Counted from the first letter of the stretch, positions 29,617 through 39,922 are shown. The stretch is 64,000 bases of DNA from a virus (IMGVR_UViG_3300012000_000002:55040-119039), one strand, 5' to 3'. Made by a program: numbers and translations. The notes: generated by a model not told the origin, from the sequence alone.

Positions 29617-29889
29617 ATGGGAAGAAAACAACAAGTTGAACCAGACGAGATGCCGGAAAATCTCGCTGAACTTAAACCGATTGTTAACGAGTTTGTTGAC
29701 AGAATGAGAACTCTTGAAAACGAAGAAGTAACTCTTCGTGAAGCAAAGAAAGAACTCGTTGATGAATACGCTTCAAAGCTTGACACAAAAACTTTAAAAC
29801 TTGCTTTGCGGTTGGTTGATCTCAAAAAGAAAGTGCAACACAAGCACTACTTCGACCTTTTCCTTGAGATTCTTTCCGATGACCAATGA
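29617..29889 (+). CDS. DsbA/GapR-like dsDNA-binding protein (putative)
   Basis: Helical IVNEFVDRMRTLENE..TLREAKKELVDEY...KLALRL pattern. Confidence 0.6.
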   Translation: MGRKQQVEPDEMPENLAELKPIVNEFVDRMRTLENEEVTLREAKKELVDEYASKLDTKTLKLALRLVDLKKKVQHKHYFDLFLEILSDDQ

Positions 29890-30776
29890 TACTTATTGGT
29901 ATGGCATATACCGTTTATCGAATCAAAAGAAAAACAGTCGAAGATAATCGCTCATATATCGGTGTCACGGGTGTAGAGTTAACAACTCGCCTCTCAAGAC
30001 ATAAGCATGGAAACAACAAAAAACTTGTCGCATGGTTAAAAAAGTATTGGGACGATATCATAATCGAATCGATAGCTTTTTTTACTTCTTTGGAAGATGC
30101 GCTGTCTTTGGAAAAAACGCTAGTGCCAGCCAAACAAGAAGAACGTGATAAACTAGGTTTATTAAATCTAACAGAGGGTGGTGGATCGCCGGGACATTGG
30201 GATAATCTATCTTCTGAACAACAAAAGATTAGAAAGACAATATTGTCAGAAAAGCTAAAAGGAAAAAAAAGATCAGCAGAACAAAAAAAGAGAATGTCAG
30301 AAGCTCATAAAGGCAAAAAACAAACACAAGACCAAATAACGAAAAGAATGCAAAGTTACGTAAAATCCGAAAAACTAAACAGACAAATAATGTTGATATC
30401 TCCTGCTGGGGTGAGCGTAACAGAAAAAAATCCAGCGATATTCGCAAAAAAATACAACTTAGACGATTCTTTGCTGCGTAGGCTTTTAAAGAAAAAGGTT
30501 CGCCACTATCAAAACTGGAGTCTTAATGGTGTCCCAGTTTATATTGTTTGTGCGCCTAATGGAGAAAAGTATGCGTTTTGCAACAAGAGCAAATTTGCTA
30601 AAACGCATAACTTGTCACAGGTTGGCATCAGTCATCTTGTAACCAAACGTATACAATCCCACTGTGGATGGACTCTTATAAAAGTATCTAGCAACATTAT
30701 TTTATACGATTCCGATCCAGAGCATTATAAAATATTCCAGAAATATCTGAAAACAGAAGAAAGAGATGAACCATGA
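29886..30776 (+). CDS. GIY-YIG homing-type endonuclease with NUMOD3-like repeats
   Basis: YTVYRI...SYIGVT...RLSRH, LNLTEGG, KGKKRSAEQKKRMSEAHKGK. Confidence 0.85.
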   Translation: MILIGMAYTVYRIKRKTVEDNRSYIGVTGVELTTRLSRHKHGNNKKLVAWLKKYWDDIIIESIAFFTSLEDALSLEKTLVPAKQEERDKLGLLNLTEGGGSPGHWDNLSSEQQKIRKTILSEKLKGKKRSAEQKKRMSEAHKGKKQTQDQITKRMQSYVKSEKLNRQIMLISPAGVSVTEKNPAIFAKKYNLDDSLLRRLLKKKVRHYQNWSLNGVPVYIVCAPNGEKYAFCNKSKFAKTHNLSQVGISHLVTKRIQSHCGWTLIKVSSNIILYDSDPEHYKIFQKYLKTEERDEP

Positions 30777-31261
30777 GCACAGCAAAGCAAAATCGTAAAC
30801 TAGACTTTATTCCAGAGATTCTTTATGAATCACCAAGTTATCCCGGTGAAAAAGTTTCTCCAATTCCTTATATGGTTATTCCAAAAGACAAGGATATGCC
30901 TGTAGGATTGTTTCTTATGCGTTATACACAAACAGGTGAATACGAAGTTGGTGATTCTGGAAAGCCAGAAGAAATCATGGATGGACCACATCCTCATATG
31001 TTTGTTGACTTTAAACACGTTGAAGCTGTTCTTCATGAATCTTTCCCCAATCTTCATATGGGAGATGCTGTTGACAAGATTCGTGTTGGTTTAGGTCTTA
31101 AGCCTCTTGCCAAAGCTCGCAAAGATGGTAATGATCTTCTAGAACGTGTTGTCGCTAAAGCAAATGACATTGCTAGCGTTGCTTTTGAAAAACAACAAGA
31201 ACGTAAAGCACAATATGAAAATCAACTACAAAAGGATATTGCGGAGGATCAAAAACAATGA
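30773..31261 (+). CDS. hypothetical protein
   Basis: ATGA-coupled ORF. Confidence 0.7.
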   Translation: MSTAKQNRKLDFIPEILYESPSYPGEKVSPIPYMVIPKDKDMPVGLFLMRYTQTGEYEVGDSGKPEEIMDGPHPHMFVDFKHVEAVLHESFPNLHMGDAVDKIRVGLGLKPLAKARKDGNDLLERVVAKANDIASVAFEKQQERKAQYENQLQKDIAEDQKQ

Positions 31262-31665
31262 AGTTTCATGCCAGTGTTATTGAAGACATTATTTTGAATT
31301 GTAGAAACTTTGGTGGTCATGCATCAGAACGTAAACTTCGTGAGGTTCTTGGAGCCAAACGTTATGCAATTTACGTTGGTGATAGAAGAGATATGGTATT
31401 GGTTGATGCTGAACGTTATATGAAAGAAGCATTTCAACGTGGACAATCAACAAATCAAATTGTACCAATGACTCTTCATCCAAAAGCATTTGAAAAAATC
31501 ATGTATTTTTTCGATTTGTATTCTGGATATGATACCGAAGCCAAGCTAAGACAGTCTTTGGTTAGTATGGATTTTACTCCATACGAACGTAAGCTTGGAG
31601 GAAGTCACGATACCATTCTTGTTCTTACGGAAGATTATACTAAGGCATTACAAGGATCACCATGA
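31258..31665 (+). CDS. hypothetical protein
   Basis: ATGA-coupled ORF. Confidence 0.7.
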   Translation: MKFHASVIEDIILNCRNFGGHASERKLREVLGAKRYAIYVGDRRDMVLVDAERYMKEAFQRGQSTNQIVPMTLHPKAFEKIMYFFDLYSGYDTEAKLRQSLVSMDFTPYERKLGGSHDTILVLTEDYTKALQGSP

Positions 31666-32198
31666 GCTTTGCAATCGGACAAGTGATTTATGTTCTTAGC
31701 GACAAAACGCAAACTGTTTTGCCGGGAATCGTTCAAGAAGAAATTCATCACCGAACCATTGATGGAGAAAAAGTTTCTTATCGTGTTGCTATCGGTCCAC
31801 CAAACAAACAACGTGTTGTAGACCTTGCAACCGTTGATGGTGAAGTATATGGAAATCTAGACGAAATCCGAAACGTTTTAATCGCTCGTCTTACTGCGTT
31901 TGTTGACGATCTTTGTAACACAACAAACGAAAGAGTTAATCAATGGTATCACGCTAATACTAGAACGCAAACAACAACTACAAACAATGGAAAACTTGAT
32001 CCGGCAGCTTTAATGAACGAAGTAGCTCCTACTAATGGAACAAACGTATATCAAACGCAACAAAAACCATTGGTAAATGGAATCGTTAATGGATTAAATG
32101 GTTTGAGAACGGCTTTAGCCGATCCAGACCTAAACACTCGTGAATTCATCGACGCTGACGGAACAATCCGCAAAATTTCAATCAACATACCACAGTGA
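31662..32198 (+). CDS. hypothetical protein
   Basis: ATGA-coupled ORF. Confidence 0.7.
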   Translation: MSFAIGQVIYVLSDKTQTVLPGIVQEEIHHRTIDGEKVSYRVAIGPPNKQRVVDLATVDGEVYGNLDEIRNVLIARLTAFVDDLCNTTNERVNQWYHANTRTQTTTTNNGKLDPAALMNEVAPTNGTNVYQTQQKPLVNGIVNGLNGLRTALADPDLNTREFIDADGTIRKISINIPQ

Positions 32199-33925
32199 AA
32201 CATATGAACAAAAACGTTGAAAACGATTCGAATAGCCAAGAAGTTACATTTGGTCAAGATGCACACGAACAGCTTTTAGCTGGTGCCGCAATACTTTATA
32301 AAGCTGTTAAAAGCACAATGGGTCCAAGTGGTCATAACGTTATTATCGATAACGGACAAACAGCACCGTTGATTACAAAAGACGGTGTAACTGTTGCAAA
32401 GAGTATTAATCTCAAAGCTAAACTTCCAAGCTTGGGTGCTGAACTTATAAAAGAAGTAGCTAGCAAAACAAACGAACTTGCTGGTGATGGTACCACCACT
32501 GCTACCGTTCTTGGCTATGCCATGCTTCAGCAAGGTATTAAAATGACTGCCACAGGACGTTCTGCAATTGAAATCAAACGTGGAATGGAATGGGCAACAA
32601 ATAAAGTTATTGATTGGTTAAAGCAACACGCTATATCAATTCGTAACAACGAAGATATCGTTAACATTGGAACCATTTCTGCTAACGGAGACAGATCGAT
32701 TGGTGAACTTCTTTGTGATGCAATCTCGAAAGTAGGACAAGACGGTATCATCACAATCGAACCAGCGAAAAGCGTTAAGACAACATTAGACGTTGTTGAA
32801 GGTATGCAGTTTGATTCTGGTTTTGTTAGTCCTTATTTCGTAACAAACCAAGAAAAGATGTCAGCAGAGTTAACCGATCCTTACATCTTAATCACCAACA
32901 AAAAGATATCTTCGCTTCAAGAAATTCTTCCTGTGTTGGAACTTGCAGCCAACGCCAGCAAGCCTCTTTTAATCATTGGTGATGAAATTGAAGGTGAAGC
33001 TCTTCACACAATGATTGTTAACAAGATGAAAGGAGTTCTTTTCACTTGTGCAGTCAAAGCTCCAAGTTACGGTGAAAATCGTACAGATATTCTTTCTGAT
33101 ATTGCTCTTGTAACTGGCGGCAAAGTTTTTGATGCTAGTTCAGAAAAGCAAATCAAGAATGCTGTACTTTCTGATCTTGGAAAATGCAAACGAGCTATTA
33201 TCACCAAAGGATCAACAACTCTTGTAGGTGATGATACAAGCCGTAAAGATCTTATTGCTGAACGTGTTGAACAACTAAGAAATCTTCTTTTGGCTAATGT
33301 TGGAATCGATGATCTTAAACGTGAAAACACAAAAAAGCGTCTTGCCAAACTTGCTGGAGGTATCGCCGTTATCAAAGTTGGTGGAAGTACAGAAGTTGAA
33401 ATCTTTGAAAAGAAAGATCGTGTTGAAGACGCTTTAAATGCCACCATAGCGGCTGTTCAAGAAGGAATCCTTCCCGGTGGTGGTACAGCTCTTTTCTACG
33501 CCTCAGAATGGCTGCAAAGAGAAATGCAAAGCACTTCTGAATTCACAGAAGATGAACTAGCTGGAGTAAAGGTTATATACGAAGCTTGTCGTCAACCTTT
33601 AAGAGTTATTGTGGAAAACACAGGTAAGAGTGCTGATGTTGTAATGAACGAACTACGTTCATATGACAATAAAAAGCTTGTTAGCTTTCTTCATGATCTT
33701 GCTGGAGATACAAACCGTCCAGAAGAATTAGTTGAAAAGAAAGCAGAGATACTATTAAGCAAACGTTTACGTCAAGGATATGATGCAAGTCGTCATACGT
33801 ATTGCGACTTGATTGAACATGGTGTAATCGATCCTCTTAAAGTTGAACGTTATGCTATTGAACATGCTTGTTCGGTGGTTGGGTTGTTGCTTACCACAAA
33901 CTGTGTTGTAGTTGTAGAAAATTGA
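32195..33925 (+). CDS. groEL: phage-encoded chaperonin GroEL
   Basis: TMGPSG, ITKDGVTVAK, AGDGTTTATVL, GMQFDSG, KLAGGIAVIKVG, GILPGGG, IDPLKV; start may be ATG 32204. Confidence 0.96.
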   Translation: MKHMNKNVENDSNSQEVTFGQDAHEQLLAGAAILYKAVKSTMGPSGHNVIIDNGQTAPLITKDGVTVAKSINLKAKLPSLGAELIKEVASKTNELAGDGTTTATVLGYAMLQQGIKMTATGRSAIEIKRGMEWATNKVIDWLKQHAISIRNNEDIVNIGTISANGDRSIGELLCDAISKVGQDGIITIEPAKSVKTTLDVVEGMQFDSGFVSPYFVTNQEKMSAELTDPYILITNKKISSLQEILPVLELAANASKPLLIIGDEIEGEALHTMIVNKMKGVLFTCAVKAPSYGENRTDILSDIALVTGGKVFDASSEKQIKNAVLSDLGKCKRAIITKGSTTLVGDDTSRKDLIAERVEQLRNLLLANVGIDDLKRENTKKRLAKLAGGIAVIKVGGSTEVEIFEKKDRVEDALNATIAAVQEGILPGGGTALFYASEWLQREMQSTSEFTEDELAGVKVIYEACRQPLRVIVENTGKSADVVMNELRSYDNKKLVSFLHDLAGDTNRPEELVEKKAEILLSKRLRQGYDASRHTYCDLIEHGVIDPLKVERYAIEHACSVVGLLLTTNCVVVVEN

Positions 33926-33938
33926 AAGGAATGATATC

Positions 33939-34292
33939 ATGGCTAAAGGAGATCATGTTAGAGTAGGTCACGGCAGTACAGTTCATGGAATCGCACCAGA
34001 CAACGTACCCGTTTATGAACTTGAAAAAGATGAATGGGGAAATGTTCGCTGCGATATCAATGGATGTGCATTTCCAAGACCTGTTGGTGGAGTAAAAGGA
34101 GGTTCAGCAGCTACAATTGCTGGTGACCCCATTAAAGTCCAACGTGGATATGTTGAACGTATGAGCGAAAGCACTAAATCATTTGGTGGTGCTGACTTTG
34201 TAATGCTGTTTCCTGTTTATTTCACTCACTATCAAAAAACAGCATACATTCAAGCCAATCATATGCATTTAACTCATGGACAACTTACCTAA
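33939..34292 (+). CDS. hypothetical protein
   Basis: AAGGA SD; no recognisable GroES motif. Confidence 0.7.
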   Translation: MAKGDHVRVGHGSTVHGIAPDNVPVYELEKDEWGNVRCDINGCAFPRPVGGVKGGSAATIAGDPIKVQRGYVERMSESTKSFGGADFVMLFPVYFTHYQKTAYIQANHMHLTHGQLT

Positions 34293-34294
34293 AC

Positions 34295-34597
34295 ATGGAA
34301 CCTAAAAAAGATTGCAAGCTTTGTGAATATGCTCCAGTTATATCTTTGATTGCGTTAGATTTCGTTGGAGCTTTTAATGGTTTATCGATGAACGTATATT
34401 GGTATATGTTTGAAATGATGTTTGCTGCGCTTTATCTAAGACACATAACATCTATCAACGATATCTTTACAAGAAAACCAAACGGCTCAATCAAATATAA
34501 ACCACATGGAATATTGCTTGCTATTATGTTTGGAATATCAATGAGAACATTGATTATGCTTTCCTTCTCTTCTATTGGTTATGTTCCACAAGGTTGA
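34295..34597 (+). CDS. hypothetical membrane protein
   Basis: Three hydrophobic segments. Confidence 0.6.
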   Translation: MEPKKDCKLCEYAPVISLIALDFVGAFNGLSMNVYWYMFEMMFAALYLRHITSINDIFTRKPNGSIKYKPHGILLAIMFGISMRTLIMLSFSSIGYVPQG

Positions 34598-34603
34598 TAA
34601 TAA

Positions 34604-34870
34604 ATGTTACCTCCTATAACCGAACAAGAAAAAGCTGTATATACTCTTAAATTACAACTACAAAAAGCTACTGAAGAGCTTTTAGCTGAAGCTTATGAGT
34701 CTGGATATAACGGTTACATTGATATATGGCCTATTGTTACCAACAACAAAAAGCAGTTGATATTAGAAGTGTCTAGCAAAAAGGTATTAGTTGCTTCATC
34801 TGGTTTAAGTCATAACGAAGCAATGCGATATCATGTGCAACAAGGCAAGGGTTGCAAGCGCATTAAATAA
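34604..34870 (+). CDS. hypothetical protein
   Basis: 88-aa ORF in operon. Confidence 0.55.
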   Translation: MLPPITEQEKAVYTLKLQLQKATEELLAEAYESGYNGYIDIWPIVTNNKKQLILEVSSKKVLVASSGLSHNEAMRYHVQQGKGCKRIK

Positions 34871-34873
34871 CTC

Positions 34874-34902
34874 TTGACTTTTGGTATTAATGCTTGTACC
34901 CT
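34874..34902 (+). promoter_or_regulatory. sigma70-like promoter of primase gene
   Basis: TTGACT-17 nt-TACCCT; ATG 7 nt downstream of the -10. Confidence 0.5.
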
Positions 34903-34909
34903 ATGTACA

Positions 34910-35869
34910 ATGCATACACAAGGTCAAGCAATTACATTTATTGAACGTTGCTTTGGTCCAGCAAAACTTACAAACGCTGGATTGAATGCAAACGTTTGTT
35001 GTCCTGTATGCGGAGATACAGACAAAAAGAAACTTGCTATTCGTACCGATAACTGGTTAACAAAATGTTGGAAGTGTGGTTACAAAGCAAGAAGCATTTA
35101 TGGTCTATTAAGGCGTTATAAGCCCGTACAAGCCGAAGAGTTTATCACTCAGTTCGATGGTGCATCTCTTGTCTCTGACGCCGAAGAAAATGCCTTTAAA
35201 AAGGAACTAGAGGTACTTCAATTACCAACAGGGTTTCAGCTATTAGCGGAGTGGTTAGATAATGAAGATACTCCAGCTCATATCAGACAAGCAACGAAAT
35301 ATCTTGAAAGTCGTGGACTAACAGAACGTGATTTTTGGTATTTCAAGTTTGGTGTAACGGACTTAGATAAATCTTATAAGAATCGTGTTATTGTTCCTTC
35401 GCACGATATAGAAGGTAACTTAAACTTCTTTACCGCAAGAACCTACAAAAGCTTTATCAAACCAAAGTATTTCAATCCAAGGTTTCGTAGAGAAACTGTT
35501 GTGTTTAATGAAATCAATATCGATTGGGAAGAAGAACTAACAATTGTTGAAGGGCCATTCGATATGTTCAAGGTAAATGACAACGCAACTTGTTTGTTGG
35601 GAAAAGAACTTACAAAGCAATGTGCATTGTTTCAAGCTATTGTATCTCATAACACGCCTGTATTGCTTTGCTTGGACAACGATGCATTAAGAGCAACGCT
35701 AGATACCGCCAAGCTGTTGTATGAATATAACATCAACGTAAAGATATTAGAACTTCCCGAAGATATTAAAGACCCCGGCGAAATATCAAAAAAACGATTT
35801 TTAGAGTTGCGTGAAACAAACAGTGTAGAATTTGATGAAATGTATTACTTGAGAAACATTATCAAGTAG
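34910..35869 (+). CDS. DNA primase (Zn finger + TOPRIM)
   Basis: CPVCGD...KCWKCG zinc finger, YLESRG, RVIVP, IVEGPFD, LCLDND, KDPG. Confidence 0.9.
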   Translation: MHTQGQAITFIERCFGPAKLTNAGLNANVCCPVCGDTDKKKLAIRTDNWLTKCWKCGYKARSIYGLLRRYKPVQAEEFITQFDGASLVSDAEENAFKKELEVLQLPTGFQLLAEWLDNEDTPAHIRQATKYLESRGLTERDFWYFKFGVTDLDKSYKNRVIVPSHDIEGNLNFFTARTYKSFIKPKYFNPRFRRETVVFNEINIDWEEELTIVEGPFDMFKVNDNATCLLGKELTKQCALFQAIVSHNTPVLLCLDNDALRATLDTAKLLYEYNINVKILELPEDIKDPGEISKKRFLELRETNSVEFDEMYYLRNIIK

Positions 35870-35895
35870 TATATGCTTGACTCTGGAGAAACCTT

Positions 35896-38800
35896 ATGCC
35901 TAAGTTTGCCTTTGTTTCTGATATTCACTGGAGAGGTATCACTCGTCACGATGAATATTCTCAGGTATTTACCGAACTTTTTCGTCAATTGCGAGAAGAA
36001 GTTAAACCAGATTATATTCTTTGTGGGGGTGATATCTTTCACACCAAAACTCAAGGTATTACACCAGAAGTAATCGATAAAATCACATGGATGTTTAATG
36101 AACTTGCATCCATTGCTCCTGTGTATTCCATTCTTGGTAACCACGACGGTAACTTAACCAACGATAACCGTCAAGATACCATTTCTCCTATTGTTGCCGC
36201 AATCAACAATCCAAGAATCACTTTGTTCAAAAAGAGTGGAAACCAAATCATTCCAAAAACAAACATAAACCTATGTGTTCTATCATGTTTTGATGAAGCT
36301 GGATGGAACAACGTTCAAACAGATCATGACTTAATCAACATTGCAATGTTTCACGGCTCTGTAAGAGGCTGTGCAACAGATAGCGATTGGGTTATGACTC
36401 ATGGAGAAGCTGAAATCTCTATGTTTGAACGCTTTGATTTTGCTTTGCTGGGAGATATTCACAAGCAACAGTTTCTTGGTTATCGTTCACACGATGGTAT
36501 TACAAGAGATATGAAACCTTGGATTGGGTATCCCGGCTCTCTAATCCAGCAAAACTATGGTGAAGACATTGTTAAAGGATATCACGTTTGGGATATTCGT
36601 TCTGCTGATGATTGGGATGTAACTTTTCATCAAGTGCAAAACGATTATCAGTTTATCACCGTTGATTGGAAAGGTGATGTAGCTTCTACCGTATCAGAAG
36701 CATTAAAAGTTGCAGGGAAAACCTTGCAACATAAACGTGTTCGTATTGTTTCAGATCAAACAGTGTTTCATCTTCAAATGAAAGAACTGTATGATGAACT
36801 CAAGAACAAGCACAAAGCTTCCGAGGTTGTGTTTAAAGCGGGTAAAAACGAAAATATCAGCGAAAGTGGATCTGATGAAGATACACATCAAAAAGCAACA
36901 AGTCTGCGTAATGCACCAGAAGTGCTTTGTGAACTTTATGATTCGTTTATCGATAAAGACTATAAGATTGCGTTGTCTTTGGAGCAAAGAGAACAAGCAA
37001 AAACGCACATTCAAAAGTCTTTGGAAAAAGTACGTCAATCAGAAGATGATGTAGCCAGAGATGTTGTGTGGTCTATCAAAGAAATGCAGTTCTCTAATCT
37101 ATATCGTTATGGAGAACATAACTACATCAACTTTTCTAACCTTAGTGGGATTACAGGTATCTTTGGACCAAACAAAGTTGGCAAAAGTTCTATCGTTGGC
37201 TCTCTTATGTTTGGGTTGTTCAACACCACAGATCGTGGCCCTGTAAAAAGTGCTTATATCATCAACAAAAACAAGCGTGAAGGTTATTCCCGTATTACCT
37301 TGAATGTTTCTGGGGTAGACTATGTTGTTGAACGTAGTGTTGCTAAAGCTTCAAAACGTGGCGGCAGATTCGATGATGAAAAAGCAGCAACAAAGCTATG
37401 TTTATCTCGTTTGGAAAGCGATGGAACAGAAGTAGAACTTGTATCCGAAAACAGTGAATCCAGAACAGATACCGACAAAGTTATTCGTAAGCTTATTGGT
37501 ACATCACAAGACTTTTTGCTTACTGCTTTTTCAAACCAAGGCGGCATGAATCGTTTTATCGATGAAGGTGCAACTCAACGTAAAGCTATTCTCAATCGTT
37601 TTCTTGATCTCGATATCTTTGAAAAGCTTTACAAGATGGGAAATGAAGAGCTTCAAGGATTTAACGTTCTTAGCAACAAGTTCCGTAACGTAAACTGGAA
37701 CGAAGCAAAGAATGAATGTGAAGCTTCAATTGCTGCTTGCAACCAAGATATTCTTCTAGCAAAAGACGAGTTAGACACAAAGCAATCAAAGCGTGAAAAG
37801 CTTCGTGGCTGGTTGCAACAACATGGTGCAGACAAGCAAGCTGATTTACGTCGAAAGACTGTTGACGCTTTTGACAAGGTAGAACGAGTGCAAGGCAAGC
37901 TTGCGATGCGTCAAGTTGAAGTTGACAATCACAAACAAACTTGTGAACAGCTTAAGCAACGCATTGAAGATATAAACAACGAAATAGCTAGTGTGCAACT
38001 TGCTGATCTTGAATCAAAAGCATCAAGGCTAAAAAGCCTTGGTCAACAATACAACGATCTAAAAGTTGAAGTTTCTCAAGAACAACAAAAGCTTGTTGCT
38101 CAAGTTAAAAGCATCAAAAAGCTTGATGTTGTTCCTTGTGGTGATTCATTTCCAACTTGTCATTATATCAAAGACAGTCATGCCGACAAAGCTTCGCATG
38201 AAGCTCAAAAGAAAATCGTGGAAGATATTCTTGCAGCATACGAAGCAATGAAAACTGATTTTGAGTCTCTTCAACAAGAAAAGATTGAAGAGCAAATCAA
38301 GTCATACAATCGTTGGGAAAAAGAGCTTGAAACCAAGCAACAACAACTACAGTTTACAGAAACCTTGTTGAAAGGTAGCTTGGATGCTATTGGAAATCTC
38401 CAGCAAGAACTTGAAGCAATAAAAGCAGAACACAAAACTCTTGTAGATGAATTAAACAAGCAAGAAGATCTTGGAGCAGCTATCGAAGAAGAAAAAGCGT
38501 TGGCAACTGTTATAAAAGATATAGAGTCAAAGCTTCAACAACTTTATGTTAAGCTTGGAGGATATAACAACAAACTTGAACAACTAAACAAAGAATCAGA
38601 AGATGCGGCAAAGATTATCAAAGAGCAAAAAGTATATGACTCAATTGTTCAAGCATTTTCCAAGAACGGTATTCCGGCTTATGTGTTGAAGAACAAGCTC
38701 CCAGAAATCAATTCAGAGTTAAACAACATTCTTGCTGGTATTGTTTCATTCCGTATCTTTCTGGAAACAGAAGTAGGAAGCAACACACTTGATGTGTTTA

Positions 38801-39108
38801 TCGAAGATAAAGACTCTAGAAGGGTTATAGAGCTTGCTAGCGGTATGGAAAAGATGATTGCATCACTTGCTATTAGAGTGGCTCTAATAAGCCTCTCAAG
38901 CCTTCCAAAACCTGATATCTTTATCATTGATGAAAGCTTTGGAGCGTTGGATAGTTCGAACTGTGCAAAGGTTATTGAGTTACTTCAAACAATCAAAAAC
39001 AGGTTTAAGAGCATTCTGATAATCTCTCACGTTGAAGAGATTAAAGAAGCTGCAAGTAACATTGTAACGATTTATGACAATGGAACAGAAAGCAGTGTTA
39101 ACTGCTGA
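35896..39108 (+). CDS. fused Mre11/SbcD nuclease - Rad50/SbcC ATPase (gp47-gp46 fusion)
   Basis: SDIH, GGDIFH, GNHDG, LGDIH nuclease motifs; GPNKVGKS Walker A, Cys hook, ASGME signature, IDESFGALD Walker B; one continuous ORF. Confidence 0.93.
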   Translation: MPKFAFVSDIHWRGITRHDEYSQVFTELFRQLREEVKPDYILCGGDIFHTKTQGITPEVIDKITWMFNELASIAPVYSILGNHDGNLTNDNRQDTISPIVAAINNPRITLFKKSGNQIIPKTNINLCVLSCFDEAGWNNVQTDHDLINIAMFHGSVRGCATDSDWVMTHGEAEISMFERFDFALLGDIHKQQFLGYRSHDGITRDMKPWIGYPGSLIQQNYGEDIVKGYHVWDIRSADDWDVTFHQVQNDYQFITVDWKGDVASTVSEALKVAGKTLQHKRVRIVSDQTVFHLQMKELYDELKNKHKASEVVFKAGKNENISESGSDEDTHQKATSLRNAPEVLCELYDSFIDKDYKIALSLEQREQAKTHIQKSLEKVRQSEDDVARDVVWSIKEMQFSNLYRYGEHNYINFSNLSGITGIFGPNKVGKSSIVGSLMFGLFNTTDRGPVKSAYIINKNKREGYSRITLNVSGVDYVVERSVAKASKRGGRFDDEKAATKLCLSRLESDGTEVELVSENSESRTDTDKVIRKLIGTSQDFLLTAFSNQGGMNRFIDEGATQRKAILNRFLDLDIFEKLYKMGNEELQGFNVLSNKFRNVNWNEAKNECEASIAACNQDILLAKDELDTKQSKREKLRGWLQQHGADKQADLRRKTVDAFDKVERVQGKLAMRQVEVDNHKQTCEQLKQRIEDINNEIASVQLADLESKASRLKSLGQQYNDLKVEVSQEQQKLVAQVKSIKKLDVVPCGDSFPTCHYIKDSHADKASHEAQKKIVEDILAAYEAMKTDFESLQQEKIEEQIKSYNRWEKELETKQQQLQFTETLLKGSLDAIGNLQQELEAIKAEHKTLVDELNKQEDLGAAIEEEKALATVIKDIESKLQQLYVKLGGYNNKLEQLNKESEDAAKIIKEQKVYDSIVQAFSKNGIPAYVLKNKLPEINSELNNILAGIVSFRIFLETEVGSNTLDVFIEDKDSRRVIELASGMEKMIASLAIRVALISLSSLPKPDIFIIDESFGALDSSNCAKVIELLQTIKNRFKSILIISHVEEIKEAASNIVTIYDNGTESSVNC

Positions 39109-39110
39109 TA

Positions 39111-39302
39111 TCACTCTTCGTCTTTTTTAGACTTAGCTTTGCTGCGACGACCGAGTTTTTCGAAATCATCGCCTGTTAGCTTACCAAAAGGAGGAGCAAC
39201 ATCAAGTTCATCTTGATCTCCTTTTAGTTCATCTTTTTCTTCCATTACTTCTTCAACAGCTTCACGAATAAGTTGCTTTAGTTGTTTTACTGTAATACGC
39301 AT
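39111..39302 (-). CDS. small protein with MRITVKQLKQLIREA leader
   Basis: AGGAG SD, CTATATA motif at 39320-39326; isolated on the minus strand. Confidence 0.8.
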   Translation of the reverse strand: MRITVKQLKQLIREAVEEVMEEKDELKGDQDELDVAPPFGKLTGDDFEKLGRRSKAKSKKDEE

Positions 39303-39339
39303 AGATAACTCCTAAACAATATATAGTTTTCGAAATGTC

Positions 39340-39368
39340 TTTACTTTCAAATATTGATTTGGCATTAT
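39340..39368 (+). promoter_or_regulatory. sigma70-like early promoter
   Basis: TTTACT-17 nt-CATTAT. Confidence 0.55.
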
Positions 39369-39429
39369 GAGTATGTAGCCGATGGGTGCTACAAAGTTTT
39401 TAATCGGTTCATAAAAGAGATACAATAAT

Positions 39430-39714
39430 ATGGCAAAATCAGTTCGTCTATCAGAAGCAGATCGTTTTCTTCTTGAAACACTTGGCAAGTTTTGTGTTCG
39501 TGCTCGTCATTCAAGCTGGCAAGACCTAACATATTCCAACGATGCAGAGGCTGTTGGTCTAATGCGAGAAATGAGTCCACTACTTACTGCATCTGAGTAT
39601 CGTAACCTTATGGAAGGATGGGGAAACATTCGAATCAACAACGATCAAAAAATGCTAAATGAAGCTGTAGAACATATTACACAAAGGCTTCAACAGCGTG
39701 TAGAATCATACTGA
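39430..39714 (+). CDS. hypothetical protein
   Basis: 94-aa ORF. Confidence 0.65.
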   Translation: MAKSVRLSEADRFLLETLGKFCVRARHSSWQDLTYSNDAEAVGLMREMSPLLTASEYRNLMEGWGNIRINNDQKMLNEAVEHITQRLQQRVESY

Positions 39715-39767
39715 TTACACTAGTTACATAACACATACGCAAGAGAATGTAAAACTTCTCTTGTTTC

Positions 39768-39840
39768 GGGCTCATAGCTCAGTTGGTAGAGCGTCAGATT
39801 TGCATTCTGAATGTCGCAGGTTCGACTCCTGTTGGGTCCA
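39768..39840 (+). tRNA. tRNA-Ala(TGC)
   Basis: Cloverleaf; tcaga/tctga stem, TGC anticodon, G3-U70, GGTTCGACTCC; CCA not encoded. Confidence 0.93.
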
Positions 39841-39848
39841 CAAACAAA

Positions 39849-39920
39849 ACCATCCTAGCTTAACTCTTAAAGCCCTATCTTGTTGATGGGAAGATAAAGG
39901 TGAAAATCCTTTGGATGGTA
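39849..39920 (+). pseudogene. degenerate tRNA-like gene, TGT (Thr) anticodon
   Basis: accatcc/ggatggt acceptor, gctt/aagc D stem lacking GG, cctat/atggg anticodon stem with U37, aaagg-tgaaaat-ccttt T arm. Confidence 0.6.
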
Positions 39921-39922
39921 TT

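Noticed and set aside
29886-30776. GIY-YIG endonuclease as a novel element
   Set aside because: An ordinary free-standing homing endonuclease with no intron context
33939-34292. ORF after groEL as GroES
   Set aside because: No PLxDRV or mobile-loop motifs; position alone is insufficient
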